This document shows positions 1 to 12,544 of a stretch of DNA of 64,000 bases, one piece after another. The stretch's first letter is position 1; the number at the start of each line of letters is the position of its first letter. The translations under genes and the position numbers were made by a program. The notes beneath the pieces are model-generated. The model was not told the origin of the DNA and did no database searches. It worked only from the letters and a program-made list of their open reading frames with translations. The DNA is from Tubulanus polymorphus (lineage: Eukaryota > Animalia > Nemertea), in assembly GCF_964204645.1 (NCBI RefSeq), contig NC_134025.1:9176001-9240000 (forward strand), given 5' to 3'.

Positions 1-188
1 AACTTTCATAAAAGTGCAGTAACCAAATAGCCAATATGCAGCCTCGCCTATAGCAAAAGTTTCACTTGTTTCTGTTACTGCTTCAGTGCTGTCAGCAATC
101 TACAGTTGAAAGTTGTTTATCTTTCAGTTTTCTGTTTTTGAACTTTCTTTGTATATCTCTAATAATCTATTCATTGTTTGATTTTCAG

Positions 189-619
189 ACTAAACGTCAG
201 TTGGAACGAACTCAATCAGCGCCCAGTACTTGGGGTAATACTGCAAATTTGTCCTTGCCACTCAAATCAGGTAGGAAACTAATACTTGTAATAAAACTCC
301 TGTGCTTTGTGCGTCGAACTTGGGTCTTGTATGAATGCATATTTTGGTTGGAATCGATGTTAAACGATATCCTAATTTTATAATTCAGGGGAATTCTCAG
401 CTACAGAAGAGATTAATGCTCGTCTTGACTCTCTCTGTCTCAGTATGACCGAACATGCTTTGGGAGGATTAGGTGAGTTGATTTGATATAGTTCTAAAGG
501 ATCTTGGATCTTCCATTGCTATTAATAGCATTTCTTTCCGCTGCATTGTTGTCTGGAGAACTAAAATTGTTACTATTTTTCTATTTTTAGATGGCATGGA
601 CCGTGGGTCAACTTTCTAA
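189..619 (+). CDS. SAMD4: Smaug/SAMD4 homolog, last three coding exons (189-270, 389-472, 591-619); 5' part lies outside the window
   Basis: Spliced translation TKRQLERTQSAPSTWGNTANLSLPLKSG|EFSATEEINARLDSLCLSMTEHALGGL|DGMDRGSTF*. The L[D/E]SLCLSMTEHALG...ST[I/F] C-terminus is what I recall for SAMD4A/B. Canonical GT-AG introns; TAA at 617-619. Confidence 0.85.
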
Positions 620-1408
620 GTAAAACAAGTCAAAAATAAGATTCAACAGATGCTGCCATTGAAAATAGGCTTTTTTTTTCGGTTTTACTAGAAGTTTTTG
701 TTGCTCAGAAAGAGATTCATACTGATACTGATATTACCGGTACATTGAAATGATGGCTGTATTGAAAGAAGGGAATGGTGTGGAGTGCGGATAAAATGAA
801 CCCATGTGGAAGATGAGGATATTTGGTTTTTGGAAACAAATTGTAGTAGATATATTCTACTATTTTCTGATGTATAACATTACTATTCTGTTAACGAATA
901 TCACCTAATATGTAAACGGCATTTAATTGTTGTGGGAATTGTTTGTAATTTGTGTATTTTTGAGAGTGTGATGAGATATCTGATGATGTGGTTATAGCTG
1001 TGCGGCACTTGCCTTCTCCAGTCAAACTGCTCTTCATGTTTCGAAGAAATACTGAATTCAAGTGCCTTAATGGATAAGCTCTCTAACCATTTACGTATTA
1101 GACAACGCATCGTATATAATACTCAAGAAAAAACGTGATTCCAATCAATATTTTCATAATTTCCGTTATTATCTGAAATTTTGAAAACGTGCGGATGACA
1201 AACATCCTGAAAAAATACTTTGTGGAAACTTCAACTTTGAATCGCTAGTTCAATCCAGTCTTCATAGAATTATGGTACACCTATTGGTTATTTTATAATA
1301 GTTCTCAAACTACAAATAACGACCAGAAAAGGTCATTACCGATCAAATGAACAAAGATTATAGCCAGTATTACTATTATATATATATATATATATATATA
1401 TTTATGTA

Positions 1409-1548
1409 CAGTAACCCTCGCCTAACTTGGACATACTGGGATCGGGAAACTTGGTCCGAGGTAAGCAAAGTCCGAGTTAACAATCGGAAAATACGTTAGA
1501 AAGTCAGAAAATGATTTCATTTTTGTCCAAGTTCGGTGAGGTCCACTG
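1409..1548. mobile_element. Tc1/mariner-pogo-type MITE
   Basis: TA|CAGTAACCCTCGCCTAACTTGGAC ... GTCCAAGTTCGGTGAGGTCCACTG|TA imperfect TIRs with TA TSD. Confidence 0.7.
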
Positions 1549-2224
1549 TATATTTATTACTCTATCCTCTTTATTGGTAGTGATTTCTATTGTACATGAG
1601 GCATGCGAAGTGTGCATGTTTTTCAATTATGTCTGGAAATTTAAGTTTAAACAAATCCAAAACGATTTCGATTTTTCGCCGAGTTTTTCGACACTAGGTG
1701 TTCACACCGAGGTTATAGCTATTACATAATATTCTTTTACGCCGGGCCAATGATGATGTTATTCTGCTGTTCTTGGTGCCATATATTTTCAGTCAAATTT
1801 CCTCGATGCATTTATATATTTAAAGACATTTACGCGGATATATTTAAAGACATTTCAATTCGGATACGTTGTGAAGGGATGCAGGTCAACCTTAACTTAG
1901 AAACGGTCGCATTGACTTGTACTTTGATGACAAAAGATCAAGAAGACTTCTTTTTCTGAATTCAGTTAGCTTACTCCATCGCATTAGCTTTGTCAGTCCA
2001 CTTTACGATTTCTGGCCACAAATGAAAACGGAAGAATTGTCCTCATGCTGGACATGATATAACTTTGTAACCTAGGCAACCTTGTAACAATGATGATGTT
2101 TTTCTATGAATGTTTGTATATACACTGCTGAGCAATCGTATAACTCAGAACATTTCTATTCTGTCGAGCCTCGATTTGTCACTGGTGACGATATCGTGGT
2201 CTAATACCCGACTGAATATTTACT

Positions 2225-2259
<35 letters not shown>

Positions 2260-5200
2260 CGTTGTGACCTATTGGTAATGATACAAGTGATGGACGTAAT
2301 TATGCATGCTTTGTTATTCACATACTACTGTGCTGTATATAAAAGATGGCTGTTGATGATAATGCTGGTGATAAAACCAAAGTATGAAACCAAAAATGTT
2401 TATCTTGTTGATGAAATGTTTTTTTTTTTCTTATTAAAGAAAAGCAATTATGAAACTGATAGATGGTGCTTCAATTGATACGTTATTACATAAAGCCAGT
2501 TTGTATTTTACTTCGGTCATCGTAAAAAATTGATGTTTAAGATATTTGTTGTTTTCTCACCGGTTACTATGGCAACTGGAGGAAAAATGAATTGTTATGG
2601 CAACGTGATACCTCGTCATTTGGTCCAAGGAAAAAACATCCATTTGATGATCGTGATGAAAAAATTATTATCCATAGGCGTAAAGAATATTGTCTATGAT
2701 GATTTAAAGATAATCATAGTGAAAGAGAAAGTAAGATTCTAGATGAATATTTTTTTTGGAATTTTGTGTTCTAGGACCTAATTCCCATAGTGAGCATGTC
2801 TTTCACCTGTCGCTGTAAGGATACAGCTTTTCGGTTAACTGTTGTGTATATATTGTGCTATATCTTGTGTTTTCATTTCTGACTGGGTCAGGAGAAATTT
2901 TTGAATACGTGTTATTTGTGTTGCCTAGGATACAGTTTTTACAGGTTATGGCGTAGAGAAAATGATGTGAAATCTTTTTTGCAAAATCATCTGGGCATTG
3001 GCATATTTTGCTGTCTTATGAATACATTTGATTTAAGATTTACTGCGAAACCATGTTCCCTATGAATGTCAAATACCGGTACGCTTCTAGCAAATGCTAC
3101 CGGACATTTTCAATATCATATATCCAGAGATGACTCGTGACAGTATTACGTATTAATTTGCAGCTTTTCATTTTGATCGAAATACCAAACTTAGCCGTAT
3201 TTGTTTTCACCTAGATGCCTAATATGACGATCGTTGCAACAAAAAACGCAGTTGTAACTGATATATTTTGATAATTTATCTCTTGAGATAATGTCATTAA
3301 TGACAAGTTGTTCCATGTAATAAGAAAGATGAGTTAAGTGGCATTTATGAATTAAGTGTTATATTTCGCTTTTTGGAATTGCGCGTAAATAACTGTAACT
3401 TGATTGTTGTGAATACAAAGAATATTTGCATTTACTGGACAAACTACACAAAAAAAACATACTTTATTCACCTAATTGGCGTACCAGAATTTGACGGATT
3501 ATTTTATGAGCTTTTGTAAATAGGTATTAATATGCGGCTTATCGATTAATGTTTTATTTGTACCAAATCCATGGGATATGGCTAAAAAGGTGTTTGTTTT
3601 TTTACTTATCCGAGGATGTCTTGTCTGAGTACCAGTCCAGGGTTTCACTCTTTCGTTTGTTCTTGCTTCATCTCCTGAATGAAAATAAGACTGTTGTCAT
3701 AATTTTCAAAATACCACACCTAAATGTAGATTGTAATCTGATGTTCGATTGAGGTTTAACCGGACTAGGTGTACAGAATGTAATTTACGATAACTTGGGC
3801 TTAAGATATCAGGGAGTTAGTATAGATATATTTTGGTTATTCTCAGTTATGTTATCTAGCAATTTTGAGTTAGGTATCCATTATCCCTGGTAAAAGATGT
3901 GATGTGCAAGAATAGGAGTGCAACAATGCAAATGAACAATGTGATACAATGAAAATATTTTTTCATTTCATTTGTTGAAAATTTTTTCCATCTAAGGAGG
4001 GCTAGACATACATTATTGCAAAATATGATAATCAAGGGTGTGATTAAGTTGTGTAGTTAGGGTAAATGCGAATCAAGAAATGAATGATTATGAATAAGTT
4101 TTTTTTTCGTGCAATACGCTTTTAGTTAATTCTACGTTAATTTCTGTGCAATTTGAATTTAAAGACTTAACTCTTCTTGAACATGGTACAGCGGTTAAAC
4201 ACGTATTAGATAGATGGATAGATAGTTTTGCTTTTTAAAATGATGGTGGTGGTGGAATTCAGCAAGTTTGTGCTGCTGTCCTAAGAATGAGGACCAAATG
4301 TTTTAGTTAATACAGATATAACACATTTAGTAGGTGTGGTTCTAGTAAATGTTTCGATTTCAAGAACAAGCAGTTCATTCGGTATCGTAGACGGATATCC
4401 TCAGATAAAGGGCGATTATTGGTGTTTGTTGCTTTCGTTTCATAGTTCTGTTGCTTATGTTGTTTTCAATGGAAACTAGTGTGTGTTTTGTATCTATAAT
4501 GATGTAATTATTGTCTTGAACGAGATGTTGTTGACTAAAAAAATAATCACAAATTATATCCGAGCACGTATGAACAGCTACAGTGTGTGTACTTCGCTTA
4601 CTGTGTGTAGTATTTCGACCACCTTGGCTTCAGTTAATCAAAGGGAAATCTGCACGGACATTGTTAAGCATATTGTTACGAAGATGTTTTGTGTCCTAAA
4701 GTACTGTGTATTAGTTATATGCGTTTTCGTTCATGAATCGTGTTGTATTGTTTTGTTGATTTTTTGGTCAGAAATAACTGCACCTGTAATGTTAGTCGGG
4801 TCATAATTTGGAATTGTTAAGCAATTCATCGAATGATTATATTGGAAAAAAAACAAAATTTGAACTGATTTCTCGAAGATGTCCAACTAGAATATTCGGT
4901 TTAGTTGCTGTTGTATTTTGATGACATGTTTTCTATGTGTTGCACCAGTAAAATTGATAATTACCAGTAAAACTGAACTAATTTATTAAGATGACCTTGT
5001 CTTGAAATTGGCATCTGATCTTGGAACACCCTGAAACGCACATGTTTTGACTAACTAATCATCAGGTACTTATTTATCATATTGTAATCGGTGTCATATA
5101 GGCCTTTGTTGAATTACCGTCCAACAAAAAATTATTAAGTTCAATGTCAGTCAAATACGGTTAGCACTGATGTTACGAATATATAGAAGTACATTATGTA

Positions 5201-5794
5201 GTCTATTGCAAGTTGTGATCAGGGATACAGTTTTTTTCTTCTCTGCTTTTTACTCGTTGGTTCACCCTGATTTACCAAATTGTGGTTGGTTCAGTGAAAC
5301 ACATCAGGTTTAGTTTTAATAATATTTTCATAACAGTCGTCGAATAAGGATTGCGAAACGTTTGTTTTATTTTGATTAGTACAACAACATCTCGAGACAA
5401 TTTAGGAGACATTCAATGCAGTCTAGAATCTAGATAAGTAATCATCTACTTTTTCGAATATATGGAAAATTATTATGGATGATGAAAATCTTTTTGTAGA
5501 AACCCAGAAAAAATATCTAAATGGTAGTTTTATAGAGCAAGCACTGCCGGAACAGTGAATTGATTTTTACGGAATGATATTTTTATTTTTGGTTTGAGAA
5601 AAACTCGTTAAAAATTTCAAGCGAGGGATGTTGCAATACATTATCATTATTACTATTTTTATTATTATTATTATTACTCGTGATTTTGTTGAGGTGCGTT
5701 GCTTTCAGGGAAAAATAACATAGGATGGTAGTATGGTTTTCAATACAACAAAGATCTAGAAAGTCATGAAATAGTTGTTTTGTTAAAGCAGCAG

Positions 5795-5902
5795 GACCAA
5801 TTCCACAGTTCTAAATATGGTACGTTGAATCACAGGTTTAGAAATACGAGTCACTTAGTCTCTTAAGAATTTAACTTGAATTGACGACTGTGGAACAGGG
5901 TC
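5795..5902. mobile_element. Harbinger-like MITE
   Basis: cag|GACCAATTCCACAGT ... ACTGTGGAACAGGGTC|cag; related ends at ~17875-17988. Confidence 0.55.
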
Positions 5903-7543
5903 CAGAACATGCTGGTAGATCTAGATTTAGCGCTAAAACAATATCTATGCTCAACTGTAGTATTTTTCTGAAATACACATCTGACTGAACCATGCTGCCG
6001 AAAAAAATCAATGCCTTGTAGTAATATGTAATAGGACATGTAGCTTCTCTATCTGGCAGCTGGCTGTTTCAAGAATATTACTGATGAATAAATAGTATGT
6101 ATATCATTTAATCATAAAAAGGGCAGGTTTCCTATTTTTGAATCTTATTTTGTAGATCGTGAGAATACTAGAGTTCATTATTCGGTGGATTATGATGCAA
6201 TTTAGTCATTTAGGAGAAAACAGTGTTAGACAAAAAAAGTGGTGTTTATGAAAATGCTCATATTATTTTGAGGCTGGGATTTGAAAACGTTGAAATCTAT
6301 TCTATAATTGCTTACATTTGTGCTCAAAGCTGTCAAAAGTCTCATTGTTACCTGTCGAGAAATATTTTAAAAATTTGAAACCACGTCATCAAATCTTGCA
6401 GCCAATTAATGCATATCAGACTCACCGGGTAGATGTGTACATGTGCTAATATATATTCATACATAAAAGCTGATCAGGAGAATAGATCGCTCAATTCCAA
6501 GATTAAGTTGCACGATAGACGTGATTAAATAACATATCCAACTTGATTATACAAATGGGGAAACTTGGTTTAGATTTATATTGAATTCTCGAGAAATTGT
6601 CAGTATTTCTAATTCATCGCGAGAAAAGCTAATGTTATCCTCTGCCTTCATATTTCTGAGTATGGGGATTTAAGCGTTATGTTATTCATTAAGGTATGAA
6701 TTAGCGTATCAGAACTAGTAGCTGGGCCAGATCGGTTTTGTGGTCTCTTTCGATTGACATCCTTATATTGGCATGGTGTCGGCGTTTTGGACTGCCAGCA
6801 ACCATCGGTTCTAAAATGTTGACACCGTGGATTGATACTTTCTATTCTATCGTCTAGTTTCACTTCGTTAAGGCAGAGGAAACATGAGTGATACCGATTC
6901 TTGAATCTATTTTGCCAGAAATTACGATTCAACCTCCTTGTCTATAGTTTGTGTTTTGTTTAGAAGCCATTTTTCCCTATAATATATATAAAGTGAAAAT
7001 CTGATTATTTGAACTTGAAATGATATTTCGAATCGATGACGTATGTATTGAAACTATATCTGATGCATATTTCGTCTATGTTGGTGCTCGTAAAAAAAGT
7101 ATGTGGCCTCAGTAAAATTCACCGATAATGTTTGCACTAATTTGGAAAAACGGAATCATACAATTCCATTTTCTGAATGAAACTTGGCACCAATATATTC
7201 GTTGAAATAAATAGTTAAAATGTATATCGAGTGTTTGAATATCACCAAATCAAAGACTTGTGCTCTTGGAATGTCGGTTAAATCAAACTCTTTGAGTTGA
7301 GTTAATGGAGAGAGCATGTGACTAGGTAAATTAGGAGCATTTGTTAAATGTTGTAATCAGGAGACTTCACTTTGTATTTGGATATAAGCAGTGTATACAT
7401 TAAGTTGCCGTTTGTACAATCTGGGATTTGGAAAAAATAAACTGTATTCTGTTTAAATGACTCGTTCATTCTTTACTATGGTGCGGGTATCACTATGCCA
7501 CCTGGAAATGCCCGCTTAGACAGTCTGGTGACTGATGTTTGTA

Positions 7544-7713
7544 CAGTAGAACCCTATAACAATTAACTTCTTTGGACGAGAAAATAAGTTATAACCAATA
7601 GTTGATATCCGCCACTATGAATTAATTAGAATTGTTCTATTTGGGATGAACTTCAAGGTTTGTCATACTCAGTAAATCTTTTTATCAGAGGTCGTTATGA
7701 AGAGGTTCCACTA
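7544..7713. mobile_element. Degenerate Tc1/mariner-pogo-type MITE
   Basis: TA|CAGTAGAACCCTATAAC ... GTTATGAAGAGGTTCCACTA; similar to the 39455 element ends. Confidence 0.55.
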
Positions 7714-8254
7714 TTTGTAGACAATTAACTACCGGGTTCTCAAAATCAAGATTTTGAGGAAAATGGTGCTAAGCCAACCATGGTGCACCGCCTAAATCTG
7801 ATGATGGTCAAGTATGAAATGTCTGAAGTGTGTGTAGGCAACGGATTGATGTCTATGCAGACATGATTCAGTCCGGTATAGTGGTAGTATCGAGGAATGC
7901 ATCACATATCATTGATGCCTGAAACCACAGATCGTAAACAACACTGACAGCCTTATATACTGTAAAAGGATATATTTATAAATGCATTGCTTACAGCATC
8001 AAGTAGACAAATGTTTATACATATAACAAAATACTCTCACTTATCAAAATGAATTTCTCAAAAAGCAAGGATATTGGCTTAATATCATGAGCATGAGGGA
8101 GAATACAAATTGTATTCAGTTCATGCATAAAATCATTACAGTAATTTCTGATTAGAAAATGTGTTCATCAAACATTGTCAACACAGATGTAAGAAATGGA
8201 ATTGAAATTTCATGTCTCCAAGTGAGTCTTTTAAGGGGATGTCATCATCAGAGT

Positions 8255-11219
8255 TCAGGTTTGTCGCTTTCTCATTGCTCTTAAACCTTTCAGTCCTGGA
8301 GAGGTTTGTGTCGATACAGTAATGCCTATTTTCTGACGGCGTCTCGAAACAACGGTTTTTTTATTTCGACTTGTAGCGGGACTAGGAGTGCTAGAAACTT
8401 TCTGTTTTTTCTGAAAAAATGAAGCAAAAACGAAATGAAGGCATGTAATGAAGATGACCATTGCTGACTCTCAATTCTACGGTAACATACCCTATCAGGT
8501 GGCTTGGTTTTACATAGGTGCTGTTCCCATGATGGTAACTCCCCGTCTCCATTAGACAAACTTAGATCCGATTCTACACTTGTGCCATTACTTTTTTTCA
8601 TCTTCTGAGCTCGTTTTCGAGGTGACCTCCGCAAAGTTGGAGATCGTCTCTGCTTATCAACATTTACATCCTGTTCATCCGATAGGCCATCACTGCCTTG
8701 AACCCTGGAGTTTTGTCGAATCTTTTTTGGAGATATGTGCGCTTTTGTTGGGGATTTCCTCTTTCTCGACGTAGCAGCTTTCTGCAGTTCAAATTCTAAC
8801 TTATCATCCGATTTAGATCCAAGCTTTGTTAATGCTCTGATGAATATATTGCGAAATGCATCATAATTCGGTGTTTCTACATAAGACAGTTCACGCACCT
8901 TCTTCAGGTATATTTCAATTTCAGCTGAAAGATGTTTAAACATGTAAATCAATATTTCCCGCAACTAAAGCTTTTTTATGGATGTACTATTCCCGAATTG
9001 AATACATGACGATATCCATACCTGGATGCGTTGAATCCGGAAAACAGGTTTTCATTAGTAAGGGAATATCATCCATATATCTGAATATAACAAGAATCAT
9101 CAGTATTTCTTCAAAATCGGGGGGGAAAAATCAGAAATATTTCCAACAACAGAATAACCAACAACTCGGATCAACTGGGACTGGCAAAATTTGGTAAGCG
9201 AAAGTAGGAAAATACATTAGGAAGTCGGAAAAATGATTTGGTTTTCGTCCGAGTTTATCAAGTGTCTTCCAGAGAAGTTTACTATAATACCGGCACTTAC
9301 TTAATTTTCTGGTCGCGTACATAATTCTTATTCGTAAGCTTATCTTCCCAGGGTAAACGACTGCACAACCATTGTAATAAACAATATCCTAAGATCTCCA
9401 GATCACCTCTTCTTGATGGAGCTGAAACAGTTAGATAAATAGACACTCACAATCAGAATAAGAGGCTTCGATTACTTGAATGACCTTATGATTGACTAAC
9501 TTTACACAGCATCTCTAGATGTAACCTACCTACTCCTTTATGTGCATCGATACTAGTGAATTCAACCGTTCCATCGTGGGCTTTTTTAGGATCTTCTTTA
9601 TACTCTTTGGCTTTGTTATCGGAAGTATATTTTGTAGCCAGACCATAATCAACCAGATATACCTGAAATAAAAAGGAGATGCTTATCTTTATGATAAACA
9701 ATGCCAAATTAAGATTAACGCTGCATTTAGGCAAATAAATACTTCATTTGATCCTTTAGGGTCCAAAGCAAGTAGTAAGTTAGCTGCTTTGATATCTGCG
9801 TGTACATATTCCTGGGAATGTACATATTGTAAACTGTTTAACTGCAAAGAAAAAAGCAATGCAATAAATCCAAAGTTGTATACATAGCTTTTGGTAATAT
9901 CTCCAAAGCCAAGGCCGACCCGTCGGTACGTGTACCGGTACTTACTATCTTAATGGCTAACTGATTGACCGTTTTTCGAGGGAATACTTTTCCGTGATGT
10001 TCGAACAATTTCTGTAAATCTTGTCCAAAATGTTCCATTATCATGAATCGATTTTTCTCGCCGTTCAAATCATGCGCACCAGTAGCCACAAACTTTGGCA
10101 CGCCCAAACTTTTCAGCCTTTTCTCCGAGATCCATTTTTCGACTAAAAAATGTATGTAGAAGATATCTTACGACACTAACAATCTATACACTAACAATTA
10201 TATCGAAAGAAGCTAAACTTACTTAAGGCAGCTTTGGCAACTCGTTGGTAAAAGTGTATCTCACAGAATAGAGGACCATTGGAATGAGGTTCCTGAAATG
10301 GAAGTTAAGTATTATCCTATCTAAATTCTTAATTAAATACAGCGATATGAAACCATCTATTCTAATTCAATTCAAAAAGTGCCTGTAAATCATGAGTGTT
10401 CGAAAATTTGTGTTACTTCAAATGCGATCAAGTGTTCTATACAATAAGGATAAATTGTTCTTCAACGCGAATATCATTACGATTTAAGAGGTAAATGCTG
10501 GGACACTGGTATTGCAACATTAAGTGAGATATCTAAGCGGATAAAAACAGGATGAAAAGCCTACAAAAGATCCATCAATTGATAGGTGACGTTGAATCGG
10601 ATGTCATTTTTTCATGAGCAACACTGAATTAAAATTGACTTACAATTTTGAGTACATATGGTGCATCCGGACTAACATCTTTGGAGCTATTAACATCAGC
10701 TGCAAAAATTAAATATAATGGAGGAACTTCAGGAAACCAGAAAATCTATTTGTTATAACCAATAGTTGTTATACATTTATCCAGTTTGAAATAACTTATG
10801 AGTTATGGTTTCATTTGACTCTTGTGGTTCATTATCATGAAGTTCAGTCGAGGAGGCAGACCGATTCATTCATTTTCAAAATATGATGCATGGTAATGGG
10901 AACACTTTTTCAGGAAAAAATCAACAATACCTAAATAGATCATTCCAAATCCTCCTTGTCCGATCGGTTTTCCAACTTTCCATTCATGCTTCAAGACATC
11001 TCGTAAAACTGTCCCTTCCGGAACGTGACCAGACAATGTATACTCAGAGGCTTTCGGTTTTTTCCCCTTCGGCTTTGCTGACAAAAAAACCAAAAATGTC
11101 AAAACCACAGTAAAATGGGATATATCTTCATTAGTTGCAACGTGGTTTGTATTTTCAAACGAAATATGTACCGGTAATGATGAGGTAAAATAAAGAAGAT
11201 TACCTGCTGGACGTGGCAT
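8255..11219 (-). CDS. VRK1: Vaccinia-related Ser/Thr kinase (VRK1-like), ~11 coding exons
   Basis: ATG 11219 (MPRPA). Exons encode [92 protein letters not shown]. Basic C-terminal tail; last exon 8410-8255 ends RKRQT*. Confidence 0.92.
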
Positions 11220-11334
11220 CTTTTTAGGCAAGGCCTACCTGAAAAGGATCAATGATATTGAAGAAACAAATCATCATCGAATAGGCTTTCAGTCAAATCA
11301 ATTCACCCCAAGCCCAGCCCAGGCATGGATTCAG

Positions 11335-11399
11335 TAGTCTAGTACCTAGCCGTTGTTCCTGAAACAACGGAACCGTAACAACGACTGGTATTCAGACTA
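11335..11399. mobile_element. 65-bp TAGTCT...AGACTA element with 9-bp TSD
   Basis: Flanks TGGATTCAG/GGGATTCAG; inverted relative copy at 29065-29137. Confidence 0.75.
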
Positions 11400-11827
11400 G
11401 GGATTCAGGGGTCTTTAGTCACAGACGTGTGTTATTTAGACACAAGTTTCCCCAGGAAAATTTTGAAATGTGTAAATTAAATAGCATTTCATGACGTGTA
11501 GCCCATCTCAGCTACCAAAAAAATTGTTTTCTTGAAGGAATGTATTCAAGACAAAGCAGGCAAACAGTACTACATAATCGGTACCGTATCATCTTTACAA
11601 TATGCCTTAGGCCTATAGGCCCCTATCAAAGATTTTAGTCAGTGGTTTAACTGAACGTTAACATTCTTTATGAGCCCTTCCTGGAAAAAATCCTGGATCC
11701 GCGCCTGGGGCCCTTTTGTCTTCAACTAAACCTTCTAACTCCTAGACCGCTTGAATCCCTAACCCTATTTAATAAAATTAGAATTTTTTTTTGTTAGTTT
11801 ATCTTTTTTTGTTAGTTTATCTTTTTC

Positions 11828-11940
11828 AAGGACCACCGACCGTTGTCGGCCACATCGAACAGTGACGAAAATAAAACCAAGAGAGTTTATTTTCCACAGG
11901 ATGGAAATGTTGTCACTGGTTATTCCGATGCTCCGAACCC
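11828..11940 (+). repeat. Direct 113-bp copy of PPP1R37 exon 1 segment (12659-12771)
   Basis: 112/113 identical by eye (AAGGACCACCGACC...GCTCCGAACCC), 831 bp upstream of the source. Confidence 0.95.
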
Positions 11941-12289
11941 TTTTCTTTTCTATGTCGACAAAATAGCGTTTACTAAAATAATACCACAATGGCAAAATAT
12001 CCACTTCCTATAAACTTATTATCCTGGTCAAGTGGCTATCTGAGTCCGAGAGCCGGATTTTATTTTTTTTTTAGTTCGTCATTCTCAATTCTTGTTCTTC
12101 ATCTTCATGAATTTTGGTATTAGACTTAGTAGCATTCGTTCGAAGCCAACAGTTGACGGACAAGAAATGTGATAAATGTAATTCGGTGATCAATTGCAGC
12201 AATTGTGACCAGTCTAAAACAAGGCTTTTAACAAAAATTGTGGATTTGTGGAGGAAAAATCGAAAAATGTCACAGCTCACACTTTCGTT

Positions 12290-12460
12290 TACTTGCAATT
12301 TCAAAATGGCCGCTTCCACAAATCCACTTCCTTGTTGATTCCATGTCGTCAAATTTAATTGGCCCGATTTGCCAGGTCAGTCAACTATTGCCCAATCAAG
12401 GGAGGTTTTACAAATGTCAACAACCTGCTCAAATCAAGATGGCCGAACGCGGAAATGAAA
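12290..12460. promoter_or_regulatory. Probable bidirectional promoter VRK1(-)/PPP1R37(+)
   Basis: YY1-like AAAATGGCCGC (~12303) and AAGATGGCCG (~12437), CCAAT boxes on both strands (~12358, ~12392). A minus-strand donor near 12292 could end a VRK1 non-coding exon spliced to the acceptor at ~11239. Confidence 0.55.
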
Positions 12461-12544
12461 ACATCTGAAAAATCGTCGCCAGTTATTTTGCCGAAAACAT
12501 GCCCATTAAACCGTGAAACCGTCTGCATATCGTGTTAATTTATT

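Larger units (their letters stand above)
620..7460 (+). other. Putative long 3'UTR of the Smaug/SAMD4 gene
   Basis: No recognisable coding exons from 620 to ~8250; T-rich plus strand; AATAAA near 7206 and at 7436-7441. End point is inferred. Confidence 0.55.

Noticed and set aside
901-6932. Short ORFs in the Smaug downstream region
   Set aside because: No recognisable domains or consistent splice structure; composition fits UTR.
7521-7534. CAGT-CTGGTG-ACTG SRE-like hairpin
   Set aside because: Lies downstream of the likely poly(A) signal at 7436 and has only a 4-bp stem.
7870-7895. GTCCGGTATAGTGGTAGTATC resembles a tRNA A-box/D-arm
   Set aside because: No T-arm/B-box (GTTCGA) or cloverleaf follows.
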